64,000 nucleotides of DNA from sequence record OP617745.1. One strand, 5' to 3'. Under the pieces are notes generated by a model. It was not told the DNA's origin. It made no database searches and saw only the letters and a list, made by a program, of their open reading frames with translations. How positions within the stretch are numbered: the stretch's first letter is position 1; the number at the start of each line of letters is the position of its first letter. The translations under genes were made by a program, and so were the position numbers. Below, one piece after another: positions 55,421 through 64,000 of the stretch.

Positions 55421-56047
55421 ATGAAAAAAGAATCATATAACATACTTCGTGTATGTGAAAATTTAATATTGCTGTTACTGGCTTATAAGAAAAATATAAA
55501 TTTAAGCAAGAAAATTCTTGATTATCATATTAATATTAATATTACTTGTAGTAATCATATTTCAATATATTTAAATATTAGTAATTTTGGTTCTATTACA
55601 ACAACATCATCCAACATAATTTCATTTAATGCTGATAATATTCAACCAGTTGAATTAAATTTACCAATTGAAGATATTAAAGGTGAAATGATTTATTTTG
55701 ATGACCGATATTGTGAATATGATGTTAATAGTCCAAATTTAGTAGGAGCGTATTTAAAAAAATATGATCCTGATATTGATGGATACAATGAAACAAACTG
55801 CCATGAAGTAATGGAAAAGACGTATGATGAATGGGCTTTTCAGTACAGTACATTATACGACTTTGTTCCAGATAAAGAAGATTATTTTTACTTGAAAAAT
55901 TTCATGCATAAATTGGGTAACGAATTCGATTATACATATTCAAACATTTTATTCGAATCAAAAGTGGATATTGTGAATCTAAAATCCGCAATTGATATAT
56001 GTACTGAAACTGTTAAAAGGAAGATTGATGAAAACTCCGATATTTGA
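55421..56047 (+). CDS. hypothetical protein, FQxS-motif family
   Basis: YDEWAFQYSTL; ATG 55421 after a terminator/promoter. Confidence 0.8.
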   Translation: MKKESYNILRVCENLILLLLAYKKNINLSKKILDYHININITCSNHISIYLNISNFGSITTTSSNIISFNADNIQPVELNLPIEDIKGEMIYFDDRYCEYDVNSPNLVGAYLKKYDPDIDGYNETNCHEVMEKTYDEWAFQYSTLYDFVPDKEDYFYLKNFMHKLGNEFDYTYSNILFESKVDIVNLKSAIDICTETVKRKIDENSDI

Positions 56048-56543
56048 AAAATCAAAGAAATATGCACAACGTATATCCGATTGCATTGAACTAATACAAT
56101 CAATGAGAAAAACTTTTTACATAAATCACAAAGGTTCTTTTCGATATCAACACGAAAGTAACGGAATTATTACCATGAGCAGAGGTAAATCACCTTTTGG
56201 TGAGGTTGTATTAATATATGTACCAGATAATATTCATGTTACGTTCATTGATAATTATCTAATAGAAATATCAAATTATATTCCAGTACAAGATTATACA
56301 GAAGAAACTGAATTTCAATATAGCACTTTGTATAATAATGAAGAATTATTAATGCATTATATATATTCCATTCTATGGAATTTGGACATTAAAGGTAAAA
56401 TTCATATAAACCCAAAAATAAATTTAAGAACATATACAATGGCATTGAAAAATATCAATAATTATTTTGAGATTACAAATTATAATTTATATAAAGAATT
56501 GTGTAATAAAAAATTCAAATCAATGGAAATAAACCACTTATGA
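56028..56543 (+). CDS. hypothetical protein, FQxS-motif family
   Basis: TEETEFQYSTL. Confidence 0.8.
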   Translation: MKTPIFEKSKKYAQRISDCIELIQSMRKTFYINHKGSFRYQHESNGIITMSRGKSPFGEVVLIYVPDNIHVTFIDNYLIEISNYIPVQDYTEETEFQYSTLYNNEELLMHYIYSILWNLDIKGKIHINPKINLRTYTMALKNINNYFEITNYNLYKELCNKKFKSMEINHL

Positions 56544-57124
56544 TTGAAAGATATGAGTTTAGTACAAGAATATTAAATGAAGCACTCAAAAAAGTGCCAT
56601 CAATTGTGGAAAAACATAGTAAATTATATTCTAAGTACAATAATAATAGTACATTCAATGTTGGTATTAAAAATCAGAATTATGAAACTAACATTGATGA
56701 TAGTTCCATTGAATATGGTTCAGCAAATGGTTCTTCATGGACAATTGAATTTGACAATTCACTCCATGATTATTATAACTGGACACCAGAATATAATGAA
56801 TTTAGCTTTAATACATCATCTGTTGCTTTTTTGGTTAGTAGTGAACATATGTTGTACGCTCTTTATGATTTTAATACTGAAATTTTTATAATTGAAGATA
56901 CCGATTTAACTTTTGAAGTAAATTGTATAGATTCTCTACGTGAAATGATTTTTACATTACAACTGGAGTACTCAGATATCATTGAGACTGAATTACTATG
57001 GAGTATGCTATCACCAATGATTGAGTTTAAAAAGTTGTTGACACCTGACAAAGATGTTGCTATTATATTTGAACCATATAGACAAGAGTTTTTAGAATTA
57101 AACCCAGAGATACCAAACACATGA
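56540..57124 (+). CDS. hypothetical protein, degenerate FQxS family
   Basis: LREMIFTLQLEYS at the equivalent position. Confidence 0.75.
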   Translation: MIERYEFSTRILNEALKKVPSIVEKHSKLYSKYNNNSTFNVGIKNQNYETNIDDSSIEYGSANGSSWTIEFDNSLHDYYNWTPEYNEFSFNTSSVAFLVSSEHMLYALYDFNTEIFIIEDTDLTFEVNCIDSLREMIFTLQLEYSDIIETELLWSMLSPMIEFKKLLTPDKDVAIIFEPYRQEFLELNPEIPNT

Positions 57125-57531
57125 TTCTATATCACTGTAGTACTGTAAAAATTGACAGCTTTTATATCCCCTTTGGTGGCTTACATTTTGGTGGTATTAA
57201 TAGTGCTTTAGAAGCTGCGTTACGTAAGCTGAGAAGCCCCAGAAACACCTTGGATCACAAGGAGATATATATCCATAAATGTTTTGTGGAACTCGGTAAA
57301 ATGCAACAAAGTGAGGATTTGGGTGGTGAGGATTCGTGGAGAGTGGTTATCGAAGAATGCTCACGATTAGGATTTAATTCAGTACAATACAAGAATGTAT
57401 ACGAACCTGATTCAGTTCCTAGTTATATGATTTTGGATTCCAGTAGAGTAAAAATCATAGAAGTGGATTGTATTCATATGGATGATGCCGAACTAATACT
57501 GGAAGAATTTTATGATTCATATAGTACTTAG
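57121..57531 (+). CDS. ADP-ribosyltransferase-like (ART-PolyVal-like) protein
   Basis: LYHCS...GLHFG...A...GFNSVQYKNVYEP...SYMILDSSRVK. Confidence 0.55.
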   Translation: MILYHCSTVKIDSFYIPFGGLHFGGINSALEAALRKLRSPRNTLDHKEIYIHKCFVELGKMQQSEDLGGEDSWRVVIEECSRLGFNSVQYKNVYEPDSVPSYMILDSSRVKIIEVDCIHMDDAELILEEFYDSYST

Positions 57532-57551
57532 ACTAATACGGGTAATAATTC

Positions 57552-58103
57552 ATGTCAGAACCAATAGAATATTTTAAAGCATGTTCTCGTTTAGTTAATT
57601 CAATATCAAAGGACTTTTTATCAAGAAAACCAAAAGAATATATTGATAACGTACTTGGATATAATTTTATATTATATTGTGGTTTTAGTTCATTGAGAAT
57701 TTCAGTTGATGATGAAAACGAAACACCAGTACTTACAATTTTTAATGTTGATTACATCACATGCAACCCAGAAGTATTTCATGAACCACGTTGGTGTCTA
57801 ACTAATATAGTTAACAGTGGTATTCAATGTGGTTTGGTGAAAAAAATTACCCACCGTTTTGATTCAGACAATGAACTCATAGTTCATGAGAATGATTTTA
57901 GTTCTAAGTTATTCTCTAATACTTTAACTGAAGAAGAATTTTTCCAGTACAGTACAGTACTTAAATTAAACACATTGGAATATTATCTGGAATGGAATAA
58001 AACTATAATGCAAGACAATACAAATGAAAAAGTTGTTTGGCATTGGTATTATGGTGATTTCATTTCAAAAGAAGCTATTGATGAATTATCAAAAAGAATA
58101 TAA
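57552..58103 (+). CDS. hypothetical protein, FQxS-motif family
   Basis: TEEEFFQYSTV. Confidence 0.8.
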   Translation: MSEPIEYFKACSRLVNSISKDFLSRKPKEYIDNVLGYNFILYCGFSSLRISVDDENETPVLTIFNVDYITCNPEVFHEPRWCLTNIVNSGIQCGLVKKITHRFDSDNELIVHENDFSSKLFSNTLTEEEFFQYSTVLKLNTLEYYLEWNKTIMQDNTNEKVVWHWYYGDFISKEAIDELSKRI

Positions 58104-58115
58104 TAAGGATTAAAA

Positions 58116-58595
58116 ATGATGCTTGACATTATCGGAAATTTAGATATAGTTAATCAAATCATTCAATCAGCAATTGATGATATTAAGAAGAAGGAGATTG
58201 AAGTACGATGGAATTTCTTATCGTCTGATATTGGATACCTTGTTGATATTAGTGAACCAACAAAGAAACAAATGGTTGTACAAATCAATGCACTAAGTAA
58301 CAGGCAATCTCTCTGTAAATTTTATATTACAAAGAATGGGATAATTCTCAGATATAATAATAAATTGTTGTTTGAATACAAAAACAGTACTAAAACATTC
58401 ATTACAAATTTATTTGATAAACCATTTTATATTGATGATTTAGAAAGTACTTTCTTTACTCAAAGATGTTTAAGTTCATTAGATAATATAGTATTTGATT
58501 ATGATATCATGACTGAAACATTAAAGAAAACACAGGATTTATATTATGCCTACTTGGTGTTTACCAAAAAACGAGAAAATGCTAACACAGCCTGA
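58116..58595 (+). CDS. hypothetical protein, degenerate FQxS family
   Basis: LESTFFTQRCL. Confidence 0.75.
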   Translation: MMLDIIGNLDIVNQIIQSAIDDIKKKEIEVRWNFLSSDIGYLVDISEPTKKQMVVQINALSNRQSLCKFYITKNGIILRYNNKLLFEYKNSTKTFITNLFDKPFYIDDLESTFFTQRCLSSLDNIVFDYDIMTETLKKTQDLYYAYLVFTKKRENANTA

Positions 58596-59025
58596 CGATA
58601 GCGTATATAAGTGTATTGAGCATTTCGATTATTTTATTAATTCAAACAAAGAATTTATTGTGGTCGATTGTATACCATTGTATTTCATTAAATCCGATTC
58701 AAATACAATCAAAGAATTTAATATGTACTATGGTAGTGAATTTATATCAATTAAATTAATCAATAAATATTTGAAAAATTCTTATTCAATTGAAAGTTAT
58801 TACAATGGAATATTTTTGCTCGGTATTAGTAATGAGTACATAAATTCAGTACTATTAAAATCAAACACAAATGAACCAGTTTATGCTGATCGAGAAGCAT
58901 TCAATGAAATCGATTTCTTCCAGTATACATGTGGTGATGCTTATATACCATTACACACCAATACGATGTGTTTAGTTAAAGATAAATTGTTGGAGATTGA
59001 AAATGATTTCAAAAAATACTATTAA
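58579..59025 (+). CDS. hypothetical protein, FQxS-motif family
   Basis: NEIDFFQYTCG. Confidence 0.75.
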   Translation: MLTQPDDSVYKCIEHFDYFINSNKEFIVVDCIPLYFIKSDSNTIKEFNMYYGSEFISIKLINKYLKNSYSIESYYNGIFLLGISNEYINSVLLKSNTNEPVYADREAFNEIDFFQYTCGDAYIPLHTNTMCLVKDKLLEIENDFKKYY

Positions 59026-59494
59026 AACTGGAATGCAATGTTTGATTGATTATTTTGAAAATCCAAAACCATACACTGAGGTACTGAAAGGTGATCACAC
59101 ATTTCATTACTACGGTGATTATATTCAGATTATAGTTGGATTTCATACATTAAAACTTTGTATTATTGATAATAAAAATTCAAATTGTTTTATTTTCTCT
59201 CCAGTAAAAATGCGAGAAGATGATATTTGCACCGAATTCGGTACTATTGTTGCTGTAATTGATGATGATGGTAGAAAAACACATGTATACGATACACTAT
59301 TCATTGAAAGTTCTACTTTGTTTCAATTGAGTTTAATTCACGATATTAATATTGATGGATTGGATATATTGATGTATAAGTATAGTGAATTACTTGAATT
59401 ACTAGGGAAATCTAAAATTAATCACAATACTAAATACATTAAAGAAGCATGTGATAATTTATCAAAAGCTCACGTGCAATACTCTAACGAATAA
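59003..59494 (+). CDS. hypothetical protein, FQxS-motif family
   Basis: ESSTLFQLSLI. Confidence 0.75.
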   Translation: MISKNTIKTGMQCLIDYFENPKPYTEVLKGDHTFHYYGDYIQIIVGFHTLKLCIIDNKNSNCFIFSPVKMREDDICTEFGTIVAVIDDDGRKTHVYDTLFIESSTLFQLSLIHDINIDGLDILMYKYSELLELLGKSKINHNTKYIKEACDNLSKAHVQYSNE

Positions 59495-59535
59495 GACACT
59501 TCAGGAAGAAGTGCATTTTTTGGAAAGGATGCCCC

Positions 59536-60012
59536 ATGGAAAAGACCAGCATCATCGAAAATGGTGATATTAACGATATTTTATCTTTGAATGGATTTAA
59601 AATTCATGATATAATGTTTTCAGTGAGAGACATAATTCAGTGCTTATTTTTATGTAGTAAAACAATGTACAATTATTATCATAGTGATTTATGCAATATG
59701 TTTGTCATTACTATCAGTACTGAAAACTCTTTTGTATTATCTTTTCCAATGAATACCAATGAAGAATTCATTCAAGCAGTACTAAGAAATGATAATGTAA
59801 CTAATGCACAAACTGAAGTTCATAGAAAGAAGAATACTTATACAATTAAAGATGATAAAATCATTATGTTTGTTAGTAAAGGTTTTATCATGGATAACTT
59901 CATTGTTAAAGAATCTTATCATGATTTTAAAATTGAACCTGATAGTTCTAAAGTTATGATTTATGCTAGTGATATTGAATCAATTACAGTATCTGATCCT
60001 GAACTGGAGTAA
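59536..60012 (+). CDS. hypothetical protein
   Basis: SD AAGGA. Confidence 0.75.
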   Translation: MEKTSIIENGDINDILSLNGFKIHDIMFSVRDIIQCLFLCSKTMYNYYHSDLCNMFVITISTENSFVLSFPMNTNEEFIQAVLRNDNVTNAQTEVHRKKNTYTIKDDKIIMFVSKGFIMDNFIVKESYHDFKIEPDSSKVMIYASDIESITVSDPELE

Positions 60013-60016
60013 TATT

Positions 60017-60157
60017 ATGTCAAAGAAAAATAAAATAAACAACTACGTTGCAAAGTACTGTAATGAGTTCAATAAAGCTCAAACTCACGTAGATCGTAAA
60101 AAAGAATTCAAAAAGGGTAAAATCAAACACAAAGGCGGGAGTGAATACTTCCGCTAA
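60017..60157 (+). CDS. small basic conserved phage protein
   Basis: NYVAKYCNEFNKAQTHVDRKKEFKKGKIKHK; SD GGAG. Confidence 0.7.
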   Translation: MSKKNKINNYVAKYCNEFNKAQTHVDRKKEFKKGKIKHKGGSEYFR

Positions 60158-60191
60158 TTTTTCGCCTAAATTTCGAGAAGAATAAAATAAT

Positions 60192-61085
60192 ATGAAAGAC
60201 TTTTTAAATTTCTCTGTACTATCAGTAAAAGAGCATTTTGATATAATTAAAGGAAGCTCTTTAAGTAATCCACCATTTAATTCAATTCATAAAAAAACTT
60301 ATAGAAATGTAACAATTTATGAACTAATGGACTATGATATTTGTTTTTATAAACACGACGACAATAGTACTGAATTTAGTATTCAGGATCATTCATTTAA
60401 TCTACCGTGTTATTCATTAGTTGAATCAAGAAATTATAGTTCTTATTGTTCACATGATTATTCGTACAGAAAAGATTTATACACAAATGAATTGTCTTAC
60501 AAACAATTCACATTAAATGGTATTGATTATGCAAAAAACACATTTAATGCAAGTGTAAGATATCACAGTATTTCTGATAAAATCAAATACAACCGAATTC
60601 TTACTGACTATAATTACTGCATTCGTTCATTATATAGTGATATCAATAATATAAGTGCAACTGCAATTGAATCAGAATTCTTCAACAGAAATTTTCAAAT
60701 TTTAGAAAAATCTAAAATTAGTACTGGATTTGTATTCGAATCTAATTTTGATATTAGTATACCAAAAGAAAATAATAATAAATTATTAACAAGTGTTCAC
60801 GTTAATCTAAAGAAAGAAACAAAAGATAGTAACACATTATTTGAAATGAAATGGAATTATGATGATAGATTGGTATTTGAATTAGATACACCAGATGCAA
60901 GTATTATGCATTTATATAATACACTATACACATTTCAATCTGAATTGTTGTTTGGTAAAACCGATTATTATCATTTCAAAAATTCATTAATTTATCTGGA
61001 AAAAATATTAGAGTATTATAAATCAGAATTACCTATCATCAGTATTGTGTTAGAAAATATAAAGAGGAACAAAGATGGAAACTAA
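60192..61085 (+). CDS. hypothetical protein
   Basis: ORF track, 297 aa. Confidence 0.8.
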   Translation: MKDFLNFSVLSVKEHFDIIKGSSLSNPPFNSIHKKTYRNVTIYELMDYDICFYKHDDNSTEFSIQDHSFNLPCYSLVESRNYSSYCSHDYSYRKDLYTNELSYKQFTLNGIDYAKNTFNASVRYHSISDKIKYNRILTDYNYCIRSLYSDINNISATAIESEFFNRNFQILEKSKISTGFVFESNFDISIPKENNNKLLTSVHVNLKKETKDSNTLFEMKWNYDDRLVFELDTPDASIMHLYNTLYTFQSELLFGKTDYYHFKNSLIYLEKILEYYKSELPIISIVLENIKRNKDGN

Positions 61086-61383
61086 TTTTAAAATTGTATT
61101 CAAGGAATTTTTAATTCCATACCTTGGAAAGAGATTCATTCCTTATAATGCAAAGAAAGTACAGCATCCAGATGGTACTGAACTGTATTTGGTTGAAAGC
61201 ACAGAACAAGATGCACTTGATTTATTCCTAATGCATATCAAGAATGCTAATTCAGACGTTTATAACAAATATTTTGAGTACTTGTATAATGAATATATTC
61301 TTGAATTCCAGGATGAAAATATGTTCAGATTAGCAATGAGTGATTATTCTGAATGGTCAAATATCGTAATTGGGACAAACTAA
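61075..61383 (+). CDS. hypothetical protein
   Basis: ORF track. Confidence 0.75.
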   Translation: METNFKIVFKEFLIPYLGKRFIPYNAKKVQHPDGTELYLVESTEQDALDLFLMHIKNANSDVYNKYFEYLYNEYILEFQDENMFRLAMSDYSEWSNIVIGTN

Positions 61384-61406
61384 ACTAAACAAAGAAGGAT
61401 TAAAAT

Positions 61407-61793
61407 ATGCGTGATGAAAAGACAAGTAAAATTCTAAAAGCAATCGGTGGTGTTCTTATTATTGATGTAAAAGGAGAACCAAAACTTTGTGCTATGGAAG
61501 ATCTAAAAAAATCAAAATTCTTTGATATTGGTTCACTCTTCAATGCTATCCGAGTACTTAATGATAAAGAAGTTGAAGATTATGGTCTTAAATGGCCCAC
61601 TTACCGTGATGCTTCAGGTGAAATCAGCAATTCATGGAAAACAATTCAGGAAGTGCACAGTCGTTCCGATAATGATTGGGACTTTATCGTTGCTATCTGT
61701 GAACAACTAAATGAAGAAGTACCTGAAGTACTGGAAAAACATATTGTATTACAAAATCTGGATAGTTTTCGTAATGGAACTTTGCAGTACTAA
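61407..61793 (+). CDS. hypothetical protein
   Basis: ORF track. Confidence 0.8.
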   Translation: MRDEKTSKILKAIGGVLIIDVKGEPKLCAMEDLKKSKFFDIGSLFNAIRVLNDKEVEDYGLKWPTYRDASGEISNSWKTIQEVHSRSDNDWDFIVAICEQLNEEVPEVLEKHIVLQNLDSFRNGTLQY

Positions 61794-61822
61794 TTAACAA
61801 AAAAACATAAAGGAATATAATA

Positions 61823-62110
61823 ATGAAAGAACAAGATATGGATATGGAATACGATTTTATTAAAATTGAAGAAGGTGAAGAAAGTGAACAAGTAAGTACA
61901 CAACTTGTTGCTAATACAAAACGCTCAATGATTGCTCGTAAACCAACTAGGTCACAAGAGGAATATGAATCGTTCATTGAATCAAAATACACAGAAGTGC
62001 ATTATATGTCAGATGGTACACCATATGACGTTACTGTTACAGTACTGAAACCTGAAGTTAATGATCTTGAAGGTTTAAAACAGTGCTACGCATACCAAAC
62101 ACGTAGTTAA
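61823..62110 (+). CDS. hypothetical protein
   Basis: ORF track. Confidence 0.75.
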   Translation: MKEQDMDMEYDFIKIEEGEESEQVSTQLVANTKRSMIARKPTRSQEEYESFIESKYTEVHYMSDGTPYDVTVTVLKPEVNDLEGLKQCYAYQTRS

Positions 62111-62179
62111 TATATTAAAGGCAGAGATGTACTTCTCTGCCAATTTTTAATTCAAAACAAAATAAGGTTTAGTAGATAT

Positions 62180-63040
62180 ATGAAATTATATTTTTTATTT
62201 TCTTTTGCTGAAGATATGTATGGATTTGCAGAAGTTGCAGAAAGTGATGGAATCTCATCACATACCAGGCATCAAAAACACCCACATGAGTTTTATAATA
62301 ATTTATTCATGTTTATGCAATATAAAATTTTCTCATCTGAATTTGATAATTTAGATCACCCATGGGAATTACCTTTAATTGATATTCCAGACGAATACGT
62401 ATTTCAGTTCATGTTAATGGGTCTGGAAGACTATGACTTAGTTGTTTATAACTACAGAACTAAACGCATTATGCTTGGAACTCACGATAGTTCCATTGTA
62501 TATGTTTCAAGTACCAATGATGAGTTAGCGTCTGATGAAGGTAATTATAGAAAATCTTATGGTTATATAGAAAATGATAATGATTTTATTTTAGATTTTC
62601 GTGTATCAGAAGAAGAAAGAAGAAAAAGAGAAACTTATCAAGTGGAGTTAAAACCAGATAATGGTTATAATGAAATTTTGGAAGTACTTAAACCATACTA
62701 CCTTGATATTGTTTATAAGAAATATAAACGCCTGCTAAATCATCTTAGCGAAAAAGAACCAATTGGTTTTGAAACCAATTCATTACGTAATAGCATCATA
62801 TTTCCACCTAGAGTAATGAAATATGGTGAAGTTTCTAAACACAAGATGAAACTATATCCCGATGATATTGAAGTTCTATATCATTCGTGGTTGAATAATG
62901 ATGAACTATATGTAGAAAATAAAAAGTTAATGCGTATAAGTAATAATGATGATAGATTGCTACAAGCGTGGTATAATGATTCATATTCTGCATTTACTGA
63001 CAGTAATTCTGAGTATTGGAAGAACACAGGACAAAAATAA
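62180..63040 (+). CDS. hypothetical protein
   Basis: ORF track, 286 aa. Confidence 0.8.
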   Translation: MKLYFLFSFAEDMYGFAEVAESDGISSHTRHQKHPHEFYNNLFMFMQYKIFSSEFDNLDHPWELPLIDIPDEYVFQFMLMGLEDYDLVVYNYRTKRIMLGTHDSSIVYVSSTNDELASDEGNYRKSYGYIENDNDFILDFRVSEEERRKRETYQVELKPDNGYNEILEVLKPYYLDIVYKKYKRLLNHLSEKEPIGFETNSLRNSIIFPPRVMKYGEVSKHKMKLYPDDIEVLYHSWLNNDELYVENKKLMRISNNDDRLLQAWYNDSYSAFTDSNSEYWKNTGQK

Positions 63041-63043
63041 ACC

Positions 63044-63072
63044 AAGGACGGCGTAAAAACCGTCCTTTTTTA
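63044..63072 (+). terminator. intrinsic terminator
   Basis: AAGGACGG-loop-CCGTCCTT-TTTT. Confidence 0.8.
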
Positions 63073-63119
63073 ATACATAAATATCTGAACGAAAAATAGA
63101 TTTAAGATATAATGTTTAT

Positions 63120-63560
63120 AATTACAAGGATGTTGGATGCACAGGATGTGCATACACTAAAAACCTGATCCACTCGAAACAAGTAGAGGGCAGATGAGTA
63201 TACCAACAATACGCCGTGTAGAGGATACCCGTTTAGGCGAGTCGACACGTTAAAGGGCAAAGGTAGCACGATTGCCCCAATCTCTCAGGAGATTGATAGG
63301 ACGCGAATCCAGTTAAGTCTGGACATTAAGTGTAAAAGGGAGATTATTTTCTTTTAGATATTTTGGAAATAATCACAGTATTGAATTGCTTGAATAGTTC
63401 GGTACTGAAGTGCAAGTATGTTTAAACTTGTGACCGTTGCATGTGACTGCGATAAGGGGAAACCGGGCAACCCGCCTCTGCCTAAATAAATTGAATTTAT
63501 TAGAATTCGCAATTCAAGGAATTTCGACAGCTACGAGCTTCAAGGCTTAGCTTTTTTATT
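63120..63560 (+). ncRNA. candidate structured ncRNA with 5' CsrA-consensus sites
   Basis: TATAAT at 63108; TTACAAGGATGT, TGGATG, GCACAGGATGTGC; several hairpins; no long ORF. Confidence 0.4.
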
Positions 63561-63619
63561 TCTCTTCCCCTCCCTGTGGGGGGATGAAAATATCTCGTGC
63601 AAACGCCTTCAAGTATTGA

Positions 63620-63727
63620 AATTCACGAAGTGAATTGAAATTACTTGTTCTGTAGTCGAACGACAGTGAGACGTGAGAACAAGTAATTTCTGCATGTATC
63701 AACGAAGTGCAAACGGAGTTGATACAT
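63620..63727 (+). other. cluster of DNA hairpins with GNA triloops
   Basis: AATTCAC-GAA-GTGAATT; 15-bp stem 63637-63651/63676-63690; ATGTATCAAC...GTTGATACAT. Confidence 0.6.
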
Positions 63728-63782
63728 AGCACTTTAAAACATTATTGAATTCAATAATTAATATTATTATGGTTTTAAAGAA

Positions 63783-64000
63783 ATGAATTTAGAAGAACAG
63801 AAGAAAATCGCTTCAAGAAAACAAAAGAAAGGGATTGATATTAAGTACTACAATACTGATTTTGATTTAGTACTAAATCCAGATACCACATTTAGTGGAT
63901 ATGTAGTAAGAACAGAAAAAAATACATTGTCAAATATTAAAGAATATGAAAATGGAAAAGAGATTGGAATCATTTCATTTAGACCTACACAAACCCCCAC
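63783..64000 (+). CDS. hypothetical protein, truncated by the window edge
   Basis: Open frame from ATG 63783 to the end: MNLEEQKKIASRKQKKG... Confidence 0.65.
   Translation, partial: MNLEEQKKIASRKQKKGIDIKYYNTDFDLVLNPDTTFSGYVVRTEKNTLSNIKEYENGKEIGIISFRPTQTP

Noticed and set aside
29597-59494. FQYST protein motif as a by-product of the DNA motif TTTCAGTACAGTACT
   Set aside because: Many members use other codons or residues (FQGS, FQAS, FQLS, FQHS, TTTCAA) yet keep the acidic prefix and position, so selection is at the protein level; AGTACT bias probably only shapes codon choice
28570-59494. Diversity-generating retroelement or retron behind the paralog diversity or the RNA motifs
   Set aside because: No reverse transcriptase and no TR/VR pair with adenine-specific differences seen in this window
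63120-63560. tRNA, tmRNA, RNase P RNA or group I intron (also considered for 7615-8080)
   Set aside because: I could not find cloverleaf/T-loop, tmRNA termini, RNase P P4 or intron P7 consensus motifs by eye; an Infernal search is still needed

Overview
A 64-kb, very AT-rich segment of a large lytic dsDNA phage. It has densely packed plus-strand ORFs and no structural, replication, rRNA, tRNA or CRISPR genes. Sigma70 promoters, Fur and CpxR boxes and a YgiB-like gene point to an enterobacterial host; a RaK2/GAP32-like jumbo myovirus is my inference, not a database result. Three zones are visible. (1) 0.3-7.1 kb: an AAA+ ATPase, a tandem array of 8 small membrane proteins, a DUF1190/YgiB-like lipoprotein and a ClpP-like protease. 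(2) About 7.1-27.5 kb: a GC-richer early/host-takeover region, possibly the long terminal repeat, where nearly every small gene has its own near-consensus sigma70 promoter. It encodes kinase-like, ADP-ribosyltransferase-like and H-NS-like proteins and homing endonucleases. It also holds a rich non-coding system: at least 10 copies of a promoter-driven two-hairpin RNA motif, two convergent promoter-RNA-Fur box-RNA-promoter cassettes, a gene-less Fur-box array, CpxR boxes at fixed spacing, palindromic leader hairpins and gyrase-site-like elements. (3) 28.5-63 kb: large interleaved expansions of three paralog families, the biggest being about 38 divergent ORFs sharing an E-E-x-x-F-Q-x-S-[TL] motif. 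The window ends in a structured non-coding stretch with CsrA-consensus sites. The hexamer AGTACT (often CAGTACTG) is grossly over-represented throughout. All counts and structures were read by eye.
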